The notes under the pieces were generated by a model. It was not told where the DNA came from. It saw only the letters and a program-made list of their open reading frames with translations, and did no database searches. Below, one piece after another: positions 27,379-39,935 of a DNA stretch of 64,000 nt. Origin of the DNA: Lingula anatina (Eukaryota > Animalia > Brachiopoda). Position 1 is the stretch's first letter; every line of letters begins with the position of its first letter. The translations under genes and the position numbers were made by a program. The stretch is from NCBI GenBank assembly GCA_051362555.1, contig CM120646.1:4216001-4280000 (forward strand), in the 5' to 3' direction.

Positions 27379-27762
27379 TGCAACGGTTCACAACAAAGTC
27401 TATTTCTCTTTGTTCTTATTTATTCCATACCATCTTGCTGTAAATATATAAAGAGCGATGAGACAATAGAAGAATGTGCGATCATCATAATAATGTTATT
27501 AATAGCTATAATCTTAATATATAATAAGTATAATAATAATAATAATGATAATATTCGTAAAAGAATTAAACTATTGACCACGTACCTGTAAATATATAAA
27601 GAGCGATGAGACAATAGAAGAATGACAGAAAAAGGCGGCGACGATATTTATAAGCGACGAAAGGCGGGAAAGATGACCAATGGGAATGAGAGAGTAAGAT
27701 GACGCCCACGTGACAAAACAAAAGACGACCACGAGTGAAGAAAATACATTCATACGGCTACA
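27379..27762 (-). repeat. 3' LTR
   Basis: Near-identical to 35217-35600 (two substitutions seen by eye); contains an internal direct repeat. Confidence 0.95.
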
Positions 27763-27885
27763 TTCACCCCCCTTCTCAAAGAAATGTCTCCGTACATTTC
27801 ATTCACTCCACAAATAATAATAACACTATACAACAATGATCTAGTTTTTATTAAAATATGACACTAAATTAATCAAAGCTTTAAG

Positions 27886-30800
27886 TTAGCCTTGATATTT
27901 TTCTGGAATCCTCTTCTCCCTTTTAGACCTCCTTGGAATGGAGGGATCTTCAACTTGCGCTTTTGTCTCACTACTCTTCCTCAATCCTCCGACAGGTAAA
28001 GGAAGTAAGTGATTTCTGTGAACAACTTTCAATGTTCCACTTTTGACTCCTTCTTCTTTAATTTTGTATACCGGTATATCTTTATTTGGTTGTTCTACAA
28101 CCACATATACTTCAGGTTTCCATCTATCGGCCAACTTATTCTCCATTTAACCCCAAGTTTCTGATCAATACTCTATCTCCTTGCTGGAGGACAGCTCCTC
28201 TCGTCATTTTATCAAACCGTTCTTTGTTATTCCTTTTAAGATCTACAGAATTCTTAAAAGCTAATTCATAAGCATATTGCAATCGTCTTTTTAATTTTCT
28301 AATGTAATCTGAGTGCTCTGTATTCCCACTCTGTTCATCTAGACCAAAAGTCAAATCTACAGGCAGTCTAGGGTTTCTACCAAACATTAGAAAATACGGA
28401 GAATATCCGGTTGCATCATTCTTTGTACAATTGTACGCGTGAACTAAACTTTGAATGTACTTTTTCCAGTCCGATTTTTTATCTTGACCTAAAGTACCAA
28501 TCATATTTAGCAATGTTCGATTAAATCGTTCACACGTACCATTACCCTGGGGCCGGTAAGGCGTGGTTCTAGTTTTAGTCACTCCTCCTATTTCGCACAA
28601 ATGTTTAATTGTGCTACTCTCAAAATTTCTTCCTTGATCGCTATGTATTTTTGCCGGAAAACCATAATGAACAATCACGTTTTCATACAACAACTTTGCC
28701 GTAGTGTACGCAGTCTGATTTTTAGCAGGATATGCCAATGCATACCTGGAAAAATGGTCTGTCACAACTAACACATTGGCAATACCACCTTTATTATCTT
28801 CTACGGTCAAATAGTCAATACATAACATTTCCATTGGCTGTGATGAACTCATACTGACTAAAGGTGCCTTATCTGAAATTGATTTTCTTTGTACACATCT
28901 GTCACAAGTAGCCACATAATTTGCAACATCGGAATACATTTTATTCCAAAAAAATCGATCTCTGATCAACTCTATCGTTCTGTCTCTACCAACATGCGCC
29001 ATATCATCATGACACATCTTTATAGCTTCATTCCGCCGATGCTTCGGTAATACAAGTTGCCAACTTGTCTTTCCTTCTAACTTTCTTTCTCTGTACAAAA
29101 CACCATTTCTTATAATCAAATTCTTCCACTCTTTTCTATATTCACTAGTCACGTCTGAAACCTGCAACTCACCTTTTAAACAAGAAATAACGTTCGTTAT
29201 CTCTTCATCTTCTGACTGCTCCTTAATCCAATCTAAAGAACGCTCAACATCATATCCCTGTATCACATCAACTACCTTTTGCGACATTGAAATAGTTTCG
29301 ATAAAACCTTCCTGCCCAGGACTTTCCAAAATGGCGTGAACACTATCTGAGCTAATGCACTCACCTTTATCAGGCCATTGGATTCTAGACAAGGCATCTG
29401 CATCTACATTTCTACTGCCACATTGATATTTGATTGAGAAATCAAAATTGCTTAGTTCAGCAACCCACCTGTGACTTGTAGCGTCCAACTTTGCTTTGCC
29501 CAATACGTATGTAAGTGGATTGTTATCTGTGACAACTTGGAACTGGTGACCGTACAAATAATCGAAAAATTTTTCCGATACGGCCCATTTTAATGCCAAA
29601 AATTCAAGTTTGTGTGCTGGATAATTAGTTTCCGATTTTTTAAGACTCCTACTGGCAAATGCTATAGGTCTCAGTTTATCATTCTGTTTCTGATACAGAA
29701 CTGCGCCAAGCCCAATTTTACTGGCATCAGTGTGTAACTGAAAGGGAAGAGAGTAATCAGCATAACCTAATACTGGTGGGGACATCACACATTTTTTTAA
29801 CTGCTCAAAGGATTTTTTTTTCTTTTTCCCCCCAACTCAACTTCACAAACCTCCCCTTCTTGTCCCTTTTTAAATCATGACCTCTTAACATGTCTGTCAA
29901 AGGTTTAGCTATCATACTATACCCTTTTATGAATTTTCTGTAGTACCCCGTAAATCCCACAAACTGACGAAGTTGAAGTAACGTTTGTGGTAAGGGCCAT
30001 TGCTCTAAAACTGACAATTTAGAATTATCAGCTTCAATACCATTTTCTGATATTATGTGTCCTAAAAATTTTAATTTTTTTCGAAATAGTCGGCATTTTG
30101 ATCCATGCAACTTCAACCCAGCTTTTCGTAATTTTTCAAATATCTTTTTAAGTTTTTCCAGGTGTTCTTCTACTGTTTTTGAAAAAACTATAACGTCATC
30201 GAGATATATACAACAATCCCATGGAGTCAACTCACCCAAACACTTTTCCATCAGACGTTGAAACGTTGCAGGTGCATTTGTTAAACCGAACGCCATTTTT
30301 GTGAATTGAAACAAACCTAGATTTCCAACTGTAAATGCTGTTTTTTCTTTATCTTCTTCTTCCATGGGAACTTGCCAATATCCCGATTTTAAATCAAGTG
30401 AGGAAAACCAACATGAGCCAGCTAAATTATCCAATGTTTCTTCTATCCGCGGCATGGCATATGCATCTTTGATAGTTCTGCTATTTAATCTACGGTAGTC
30501 AACACATATTCTTAAAGAGCCATCTGGCTTTCTTACCGTGACTATATTTGACGACCAAGGACTTTCAGACTCTTCTATCACGCCAGCATCTAACATGTCC
30601 CTCAAATGATTTCGAATTTCATCATACATACCTGCTGGAATCCTCCTGTACTTGTCTTTGAATGGGGTATGGTCTGTTAGTCGAATTTTATGTTTGACCA
30701 AATTTGTTGAACCAATGTCAGTATCGCCCTTTGCAAAAATGTCATTATATTCATAAAGCAATTGGTCTACTTGCCTTTGTTCTGCATCAGTTAAATGCGT

Positions 30801-31652
30801 TCTCTCCAACATGTCATCTCCGCCCAATGACTGATTCTGAACACGAAGATGGTCACAACTACTAGTAGAATCTCCACTTTCATTTAGCATGGACGAAACG
30901 TTGCACGCTCTATTGACATTACACAAAATGTACTTTTTTGGTATTGTAACAGTCTTCTTTGAGAAATTTGTAATAACTACAGGTATTTCATTTGACCTAC
31001 CTTTCACACTTACTAAAGAAGGGCGCATTATCAAACCCCCAGGCAATGGACTAAGATCATTTGGTTCCAAGACTGCGTTTGTACTGTTCGTTATAATTGC
31101 CCTTTTGCATATCCCATCGATTATTTTAGTTTCGCCTGCATTGATTGTAATTGAAAGCTTACTTTCAACTTTACCAACATCCATTGATTTGTATGCCAAT
31201 TCCCAACAATCTGGAAGGAACTCTCTTTTCTTTCTTTCATTATCCAGACCCTTTCCATAACACAAAATATTAGTGCCTATGCACACTGGCACCTTTTGTA
31301 TGTAAGCACCACTATTCGGGACTACTAGTAAAATACACGGGATTTCTTTTACGCCGTGATAAGTTGGCAAACTCACAGTTGCTTCAACAGATCCTAAATA
31401 AGGTACTATCTGTCCCCCTGCCGATTCTACATTCAACACATCTTTTAAAGGGATAATTTCTCTCCCTAACCACTCTTTCACGAAATGTTCTGATACAGTT
31501 GAAACCATTGAACCGGTATCTATCAACGCATTACATGCTATACCATCAACACACACCTTTGTTTCATTTGCTTTACCAATAATCGTGGCCCGCTTTACTG
31601 GGTCGAGGGTCTGGGCCCCGGAATCGACGACCCTTGTGCGTTTAAAGGGCAC
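27886..31652 (-). pseudogene. pol: Gypsy pol (protease, dUTPase-like spacer, RT, RNase H, integrase) with two frameshifts
   Basis: ALIDTGS, LRICVDYRRLN, YLDD, LHTDAS, HDDMAHVG..CDRC, IHSDQG, GNGTCERFN. Frameshifts at the A9 run (about 29813-29821) and at about 28140. Confidence 0.92.
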
Positions 31653-32983
31653 CTGGAAGAAATATGTCCTTCCTGATTACACTTAAAGCAAACAACTGGC
31701 TTTGCATTTCTGTTCCGTGACTCACTCATTTTTTCCTCCAAATCACTTACCCGACGGCCGATTTTTTCCATGCCCGACACTAACAAATCTAATTTCCTAT
31801 TCATTTCTAAGACAGAGAAATTTTCATCTTTGTCTTCATAAACACGATTTTTCCGTTGAGAACTGTCATTTGGATCAGAGTGCTCTAAATCTGATATGCG
31901 AGAATCTAACATATCTACTTTTTTCATCAAGTCTACGGAAACATCAGACTGAGGCTTACCTTGGTATGAGGAAGTTTCACGGGAGCCTGAAAATTCTAAT
32001 TCTGCCACACTTGCACTTACCATCAATTCCTGAAAAGTTTCTCCGGAATGGTAATGATGCCTCAATGCATGCTTAACGTTGACTGAAAACAATCCAGAGA
32101 AAAATTTCGACCGTAAAATTCTATCACGTTTTTTTCCTTCCCTAACTTCCGGATCTACCCTACTAATTGTATCAAAATATGCTTCTAAACGAGAAGCCCA
32201 ATTAACAACTTTTTCATTAGAGTATTGGGTTGCTGAGTAAAACTTTTCCCATGCAACATCTACGGGTACCACGTCTCCAAAAATACTGTCAAACTTCTGC
32301 AATATTGTATTGACAGAAGCTCCTTCCCCGCAATGCATTAAAGCATCGGCTGCTGATCCTCGAACTGACTTACGGATTGCTTGTAAAATAATCGGTTCGA
32401 AAAAAACACGATCACCTAGTAATGCTATCACTTCAAACCTCCACTGATTATATGTGACTTCGCCCTTGCCGCTTTCTCCCGAAAACAAGGTAATTCTAGG
32501 AGGTCCAACAGAATGAATAGAAACATCAGTCTTTTCAGTGCATGAATACGGAAGATTCGAAATTTTATCTGAGACCGCGACTTCTCCGTCATCCTCGGAA
32601 GATATCGATCTGGGACCATGTAAACAAGCACTCGAATTTTTAGGTCGCGTACCCCTTTGCGAGGCCTTTGGAGCTTCCTGCGCTTTGGTTAATTCTTCGT
32701 CACCTGTAAACCCGAATAATCTCGCCATAAACATCTCCTCTGTCGGCGCTGGAGACGATGCCTTAACTTTAGTACCTTTTATGTACAGTCCCGCGTCAGC
32801 GTGGTCAATGAATTGTTCCGCGGAAATGCACTCTTTAAATAACACTAAAGCAGCACATCTTCCCTGAAATGCAATGTGGTCATACTCAAAACCTTCTTTG
32901 TATAACATCCTTTCAATATCTTTCCTTGCACACTTCTTGTTTAACCCTTTCAACCACACAGTCCTTCCACACAGAGAAGCCAT
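31595..32983 (-). CDS. gag: Gypsy Gag (PNMA-like capsid, N-terminal RRM-like region, CCHC knuckle)
   Basis: FSGE...YNQWRFEV...AIRKSVRGSAAD capsid motif and CFKCNQEGHISSRC; 462-aa open ORF. Confidence 0.9.
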   Translation of the reverse strand: MASLCGRTVWLKGLNKKCARKDIERMLYKEGFEYDHIAFQGRCAALVLFKECISAEQFIDHADAGLYIKGTKVKASSPAPTEEMFMARLFGFTGDEELTKAQEAPKASQRGTRPKNSSACLHGPRSISSEDDGEVAVSDKISNLPYSCTEKTDVSIHSVGPPRITLFSGESGKGEVTYNQWRFEVIALLGDRVFFEPIILQAIRKSVRGSAADALMHCGEGASVNTILQKFDSIFGDVVPVDVAWEKFYSATQYSNEKVVNWASRLEAYFDTISRVDPEVREGKKRDRILRSKFFSGLFSVNVKHALRHHYHSGETFQELMVSASVAELEFSGSRETSSYQGKPQSDVSVDLMKKVDMLDSRISDLEHSDPNDSSQRKNRVYEDKDENFSVLEMNRKLDLLVSGMEKIGRRVSDLEEKMSESRNRNAKPVVCFKCNQEGHISSRCPLNAQGSSIPGPRPSTQ

Positions 32984-35216
32984 TATAACGTTATCTTTGA
33001 GATACTAAAAATGGTATATATCAAAGGTTAAATCAAGTGAGTGCAAAATGCCTCGAGCAAGAAAAATGAAATAAGATGAGGCCAGATGATACATAAAATT
33101 ATGACAGTGATTGCAATGTAAAAAAAATTAATAACTTAAAGCCCAAACTTCGAAAAATATGAAATATGACAAATGATAGATTGATAAATGATGAAGCTTA
33201 AACCGATAGATTGAATATCAAAATTAGAGAAAGAATGAAAATTAATTTTAATCAATTACGTAACACCCGACTTTCTGAAAATATGAGATAAGATATGAGC
33301 ACTATATGAGATAAATGATAAAATGGAAAATGAAATAAGAAAAATAGTGAAGATAAAAAAAAAACAGATGACTCTGATCTTATTTTACGTGGTGAAAATA
33401 TTTAACTCTTTAACCCCAATTATATTGAAACAATAAGAATTATAATCACTTTACTTACTGTAATTAATAAAAAATTAAATGAAGTTATTTGCAAAAATAG
33501 GTAAGTGATATTAATACTAAGATATTTTAATACTATAGAAATCCGAAAAAAAATTAATAATGATAATCTATAACTCAGTGATATCAGATGAAAATTAAAT
33601 AAATAAATGAGCACAATATTCAATGTCTGTCTCTATTCCCCAATGCAACAAATATAGAAGTATAAGGTTTGGTGTTAGTTATGACATTCCAAAAACATAC
33701 ATGACACCACACACTTCAATTAATGTACATAAACACCACAAACAATTGTTATGACAAGGGAATTTCACTAAAATGTGAAAACTAAACAAATTTGCAAGTT
33801 CAAAGTAAATTATCTACATACCTGTACACCTAATCAAAATAAATATGATGACTGGATCTAGAATTTATTAAATGACACCAAAATTGATAAATGTCCCGAA
33901 CATGTTACTATAATATGCGATTTAATACGACAAATGAGTATCCAAGTTACTTCTATAACAAAGAAAACTTATGATACAGCAATGAAGTAATGTTTTTGTT
34001 AAAACACCAACTATATGACAAATACAGAGATGCGTTCTCAACCAATATACTTATAGATAACAGAGACAAATTAGTTTACAGCAACAACACAAATGGCTAA
34101 AGGTAATACTATAAGCAGGTAAACGTATAAACAAATGCCAGGAAACTGAATGAATTGCGTTTGAATTTGAATTTGAGTTTGAATTGATAGAAAACAAAAT
34201 ATCTATAAATACACAAACATAAATGTCAACACCACATAAATATGACTGATAGGATCGTTATTAATACATGTTATTGTTTAATTCCACATAGCTCATAAAC
34301 AAACAGGACAATTGGCAAAAGTATTGCAATATATATGAACACTGATAACGTTCAGTTGTACATAATACCGACGTCACCTTGTCTTGTTATTTGTTATACA
34401 TGCTACATATAAGCGGGGTGAGCACAAGCGCAACACGTGAACAATGCACACAAAGAACTAAGACAGTCTAGTTAGAATGTTAGATTCTGTAAGCCTTTTT
34501 ACTCACGTATATATTGTCCTGGGATACAAGGTTGGTGCCTCAATTATCAAGACTGCTTCTCCGGTGCGAATTCCATAACATAGCGAATGGATTGTCCCAT
34601 GTCGATCCAACATTTCATTTCTGAATCCATGAAAAAGTTATTAAATCAAAAAGTCTCAAACAAAGGCTACCAATACTCCTGGATGATATTCGCTTCCACC
34701 AGATTCAAATCGTCTCTTCAAACAACGGATACTCATTCCCACCAGACACGGACATGTACAACACACCGATCGCACAGTTTGTGTGTTGTTTTTCCAGACA
34801 TTGTATAGTTAGGTCCTTGATGTTGTCTGAACGTCATATCCTCAAATGTATTACATGATTTACTGATCAGCGACCACTATATAAAGTAGCGGCAGTAGGC
34901 TTAGATGGCGTAGGATGAGTGAGTAAAATGTGTAAAAAAAACACTGATCTTATCCTCACAAATGATGAGTGGCTAGATCATGGCCAGCGTGGCTTGATTT
35001 CATGGTGTTCTGCATGAAAACATCACTCATTCGGGTGTAATGGCCTCACACATATCAGTTATAGTGGTAGCATCCATATAAGAGTAGACCTAACGTTTCT
35101 TGCGTTATGAACTAACAACTTCAATCGATACGCTCTGGCTCACGCTCTCTTAGGATGTGGATACACAAGGTTGAACATTAGTGAATTGGTTAGAATACCC
35201 TGCTCGCAGCGCCATA

Positions 35217-35600
35217 TGCAACGGTTCACAACAAAGTCTATTTCTCTTTGTTCTTATTTATTCCATACCATCTTGCTGTAAATATATAAAGAGCGATGAG
35301 ACAATAGAAGAATGTGCGATCATCATAATAATGTTATTAATAGCTATAATCTTAATATATAATAAGTATAATAATAATAATAATGATAATATTCATAAAA
35401 GAATTAAACTATTGACCACGTACCTGTAAATATATAAAGAGCGATGAGACAATAGAAGAATGACAGAAAAAGGCGGCGACGATATTTATAAGCGACGAAA
35501 GGCGGGAAAGATGACCAATGGGAATGAGAGAGTAAGATGACGCCCACGTGACAAAACAAAAGACGAACACGAGTGAAGAAAATACATTCATACGGCTACA
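35217..35600 (-). repeat. 5' LTR
   Basis: Pairs with 27379-27762; adjacent PBS. Confidence 0.95.
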
Positions 35601-37988
35601 TTTTCCTGTGCTTTTACGGGTTTTAAGAAGTTCAGCAGTGAGAAAACAATAATGAAGAATGAGTACATCAAGTTGGAGAAATGCAAATAACTACGATTCC
35701 TTACCAAGTAACAACATTTCTCTGTAAAGTTTATTTTCGTGCTGTCAGTGGACGCAGCAACTCTTTTGAAAGACAAGTCCACAGAAAGTATCGCAATTTT
35801 CGCCATTCAAGCGATCCTACACTCTTTTGTACTGAGTACTTTGTACTTGTCAGATAGTACTGAGTTACATTACATCATAAAATTAAGCATGGTCCCAGAC
35901 TGTTGTAAACTACGATCTGGTGCCAGCAATTGTTTTTAATTTTGGTTTAGGAGATATGTGCCCAAAATTACGTTTCATTTAACAATATATTATTTAAAGG
36001 TACATACCAACCGAGCATCGGTGGAACGTGGATTTTCAGTAACATATATAAACCGCTTCTACTAGTTTCTTATACGACTCGTATAAATTTGACATGCAAA
36101 GGATAAATTGAATGGATCACTCGATCAGTCCTAAAAGAGCTTAAGACTGCTCCTTTCTTAAAATTTTTGGTCAAAAATTTAACCTACTTTTCTGCCCCAC
36201 TATTATATAGCATAGAATGCTGGTAGAAAAATCCGTTCAAACATCATATTTAGGTAAAATTAAACAATGCCTTTTGGTAATTCTATTAGTTATACTACTT
36301 GAAACTATATGCTGGCATTTGGTTGGCTTTTGTGACAAAAAGTTGACTTGATATGTATCTTGATATGTATCTAACCTTTTTAAATGATAAAGCCTCTTTC
36401 AGAATAATTCATCGACTTCTAGTTGTGTTTAAATAGGCGTTAAACTATGACGATTAGGTTTAGATGAGGTAGATCTGTTTGGAATCAATATCACAGTTTA
36501 TAACTCTATACGCTGCTGTTACTCGAGTTAATAAATTCTCCCTGCTCCCTTTTTATGTAAAAGTATTATCTCATAACATGAGTGTTATTCCTGAATTATC
36601 TGAATAGATAAGGAAAAACTCTTTAGTTTAGAAAATGTGTCGTATTAATGACAAAAATGCCGTCTTTTTCCATTTTCTCAATCTAATTTATTATAATTAT
36701 TTTTTTCATAAAACTATTAAAAATTAATACATTCCATAATCATGAAAGTGAAGTACATTAATGCTTAAGCTGCCCTTTTCATAGTAAGCTCTTTAATCCT
36801 CTTTTAGTCAGTTATATATAAAGATATATTCAATACATTATACTTATACTACAATAATGTAGAAATGTTGGCAGGCAGAAGACCTTGTACAAATCTTGCA
36901 GCCTTTGGCAACCAGTGAAGAGTTATATGTGAATATATCAGACTTCAGAGAGGACGTGTATGTCAACGTTGCGGAGATTGGAGAGGGTGAAAAATGCTGA
37001 ATTCCGGACTATGTGAAGATTTATTTGTATTTACGCCCAACAACAAACATATTCGGTAGATCGTTATTTATTATCATTATTTATTTATTTATTTATTTAA
37101 TTTTTTTGTGGGACCCTTATTCAAAAGTGCCAGATTTGGGTTTAATCCAAATGTCATGTTAGAACATTGTTCAGAATTTTCTTGGTAGAAAACACCGCTA
37201 ACTCGTTCGCCAAGCCGAGCAGGTACCACTACATGACGTGATAAGTCTACTGGTACACATCAGCGCATTTTAGTTTCAAAGACCTTGGATTTTTCACTTT
37301 TGTTATGTGCTTTTTTAGCGCCCACGATATTAAAACACGTAGATGTGTTAATAGATGTACACATTTTTGAATTATTGTAGAATAAAATACTGTATAGATT
37401 TGTATTTTTTTTGTTTCAATTTGATTGTTTTGATAATCATTACAACGCGTAACGCTTCGCATCCTCTCACGAGACATACTAGAAAAATTATACAATGCGC
37501 CTTCTCGCTTCCCATGCCTTTTTTTTTTTAAAGGAGACTGTTAGAATTCAAGTTTAATGAAAGATTGGTGATCAGAGCGAAAAAAAAATCTTTCTAAAAC
37601 TAAAATTTTGATACAATAAATTGCCTGTTCACCTTCACCTGTACAGGCAATTTAGTTGTGTCCAAGGCTGTTTGAGTGAATTAACAGACGAAACGGTCGA
37701 TAGGTAAATCTGGTATGTGGCTTTGTCATAGTGGTGATTGCATGACCAAATTGTTTTAGAAACTTCCACATTTTAATAAAATTTTATAAATGTTTGATAC
37801 ACTGTAAAAACAGTGTTTAGCTCTGAGACACATTTCTAAGCGCCTGTTTTGTCTCATTTTTTCCACGCGTTTAGCACCTAAGCACGTTTAGCCTATTAAC
37901 ATGTTACACGCTTTGACGTGCTTGACGCCTAATAAATGTAGGGTGTATTTGTTTAACTTTAAAGTTGTAACGTTTTCAATTATTTCAG

Positions 37989-37990
<2 letters not shown>

Positions 37991-38027
<37 letters not shown>

Positions 38028-38041
38028 CGCGCGCGCGCGCG
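37991..38041. repeat. Compound (CT)n(CA)n(CG)n microsatellite
   Basis: Directly visible. Confidence 0.9.
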
Positions 38042-38797
38042 AAGTCACGGTCACCTTTAACTGCTATAGCTATCACTATCTATAACAGGGTACCGTGAAC
38101 GGTCAACATAGTTGATTCACACCATCATCTTTACAGCGGGACTTATTCATCCTTGTGTTAGCTGACCGTGCGAAGAAGTTAATTGGAATATATTTCTGAA
38201 AAACAAGTTAGGAAAATTCACTAGTTTACTAAAGACACGAAACAACTATCACTTTTACTTTAAAACATTTTTTTCATATTTTGATAAAATGCGTAAAGGT
38301 ATTGATGTTCATTTATTTTTCCGGAAGTAATGAACAATAGGACATCAGGATGATGGTGGGGTATTCATTATAATGGTTTATTTAAGCTTTCATCACATGG
38401 TAACGATAGTCCGAATATTTTTCAAATCACACCGCTCTAGTCGCCGACTAACCCAAGCCCATTTTGGAATTAACCGCTAACTGTAGTTCATACAGCATAA
38501 GACGTGTTTTGGTGATTAATAAAAAAAGTTTTCAAAACATTAAATAATGTTTTTCCAGAATGTTATAAAACGCTTATAAAACTGCAAGGGCATCATTTTG
38601 CATGGAGTTAAAAACGACCATAACGTTACCATGACGTTATTCTATACCATCACCATCATGTAACCAGCTGATAACGTCGTGAAAACGTTATTTGTTATTT
38701 GGATTATTACTTAATAGGCCTATTTTAAATAATCACACGTTACTGCAAGGAAGGACACAACGCGTTCGAGCAGGCTGCTTCTCGTCTCCAACAGCCC

Positions 38798-39600
38798 TGT
38801 CACGGGTGTTTTAATTGTGGATTTTCTCTTCCCTTTTTATTTACGACGCGTTACCGTCCTTCGGGATCCGTGACACGGGGGTATATTAGGTAGGAAAAGA
38901 ACAACAAAGTCCTGATCTTTCTCAATCCGGGTAAGCGGGTTTTATTGGATCACAGATGAGAGGTACAACTGAGTACGCCTTCTGAATTACTCTTTCGTTT
39001 CCTATTGATCAGATCTGCTCCGATAGTATATGTGCGACAACGGCGCTTCTAAGAGACTACTTTAACAAATAGAGTCTAAGTGCCTAGGTGTCTGAGTGTC
39101 CAAGTGTAAGCGTAAGTATAAGTGAGCAAGTGTGTAAGTAAGTAAGTAAGTGTTTAACCTAAAGTGCGGGCTTCGCTTTTATCTTCCTAGAATGCAGATC
39201 AAGTTTCCCTTTTACACGTCACATTTTGTTATGTATTCTATGGTCACATTTTCCTTTAAAGGGTGGCACACTGTATTATCCGAGCAGATCATTTCTATTT
39301 ATTCTCCGATCTCCCTTATGTTTTGATACATTCTTTTAGCGTACTTTCCTCTTTCTATATTCTTAATTCAGAACTAATTAAGTAACAATCACTACATGAA
39401 ACTAGAATGGAATTTCTTTGGTATCCTTCACCGGTTACTAATTACATTCCATAGATACATCAGTCTGTATCTCGTTTGAACTATTTTTATACCACCTAAA
39501 TCAATATGATTGCAGATATCAAACTCATGCTTGGAGTATATATTGCTTTTCTTTAAACTAATTCTTTAAATCATTACGCATAAATAAAACCATTATGACA
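38798..39600. mobile_element. Probable solo LTR
   Basis: TGTCA...TGACA termini flanked by a 4-bp direct repeat GCCC; 803 bp, no ORF. Confidence 0.7.
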
Positions 39601-39935
39601 GCCCCATATGTTTACAAGGGGAAGTGTTAAGCAAAATTGTTGAGTCTTGTAATAAACTTGTTATGGGATCGTATATATGGGATTGTGAAGCATTTTTTCT
39701 GTGACGAGCTTGAAAAGCTAAACATGTTGTTTAGCAGCTCCACGCGTTAAGGAATTCCACGCCTATAGCAGCTCCATATGTTTAGCAGCCTCACGCGCTT
39801 AGCAGAGGAAGTGCTTAGCCAATGTGCTTAGCTTGTGATAGACTTGTTATAGAATCATATGCCGGTGAAGCTAAACACATAGCTAAACGTGTAACAATGT
39901 CAACGTGTCTAGCTTTTTCTTCTGTGAAACGTTTG

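Larger units (their letters stand above)
27379..35600 (-). mobile_element. Full-length Gypsy/Ty3 LTR retrotransposon
   Basis: 384-bp LTRs (27379-27762 and 35217-35600, TG...CA) with TTTT TSD. PBS TGGCGCTGCGAGCAGGG (tRNA-Ser-like) next to the 5' LTR and PPT near 27763-27778. Domain order gag, PR, RT, RH, IN. Confidence 0.97.

Noticed and set aside
35196-35214. tRNA gene
   Set aside because: Only about 17 nt matching a tRNA 3' end; this is the retrotransposon primer-binding site.
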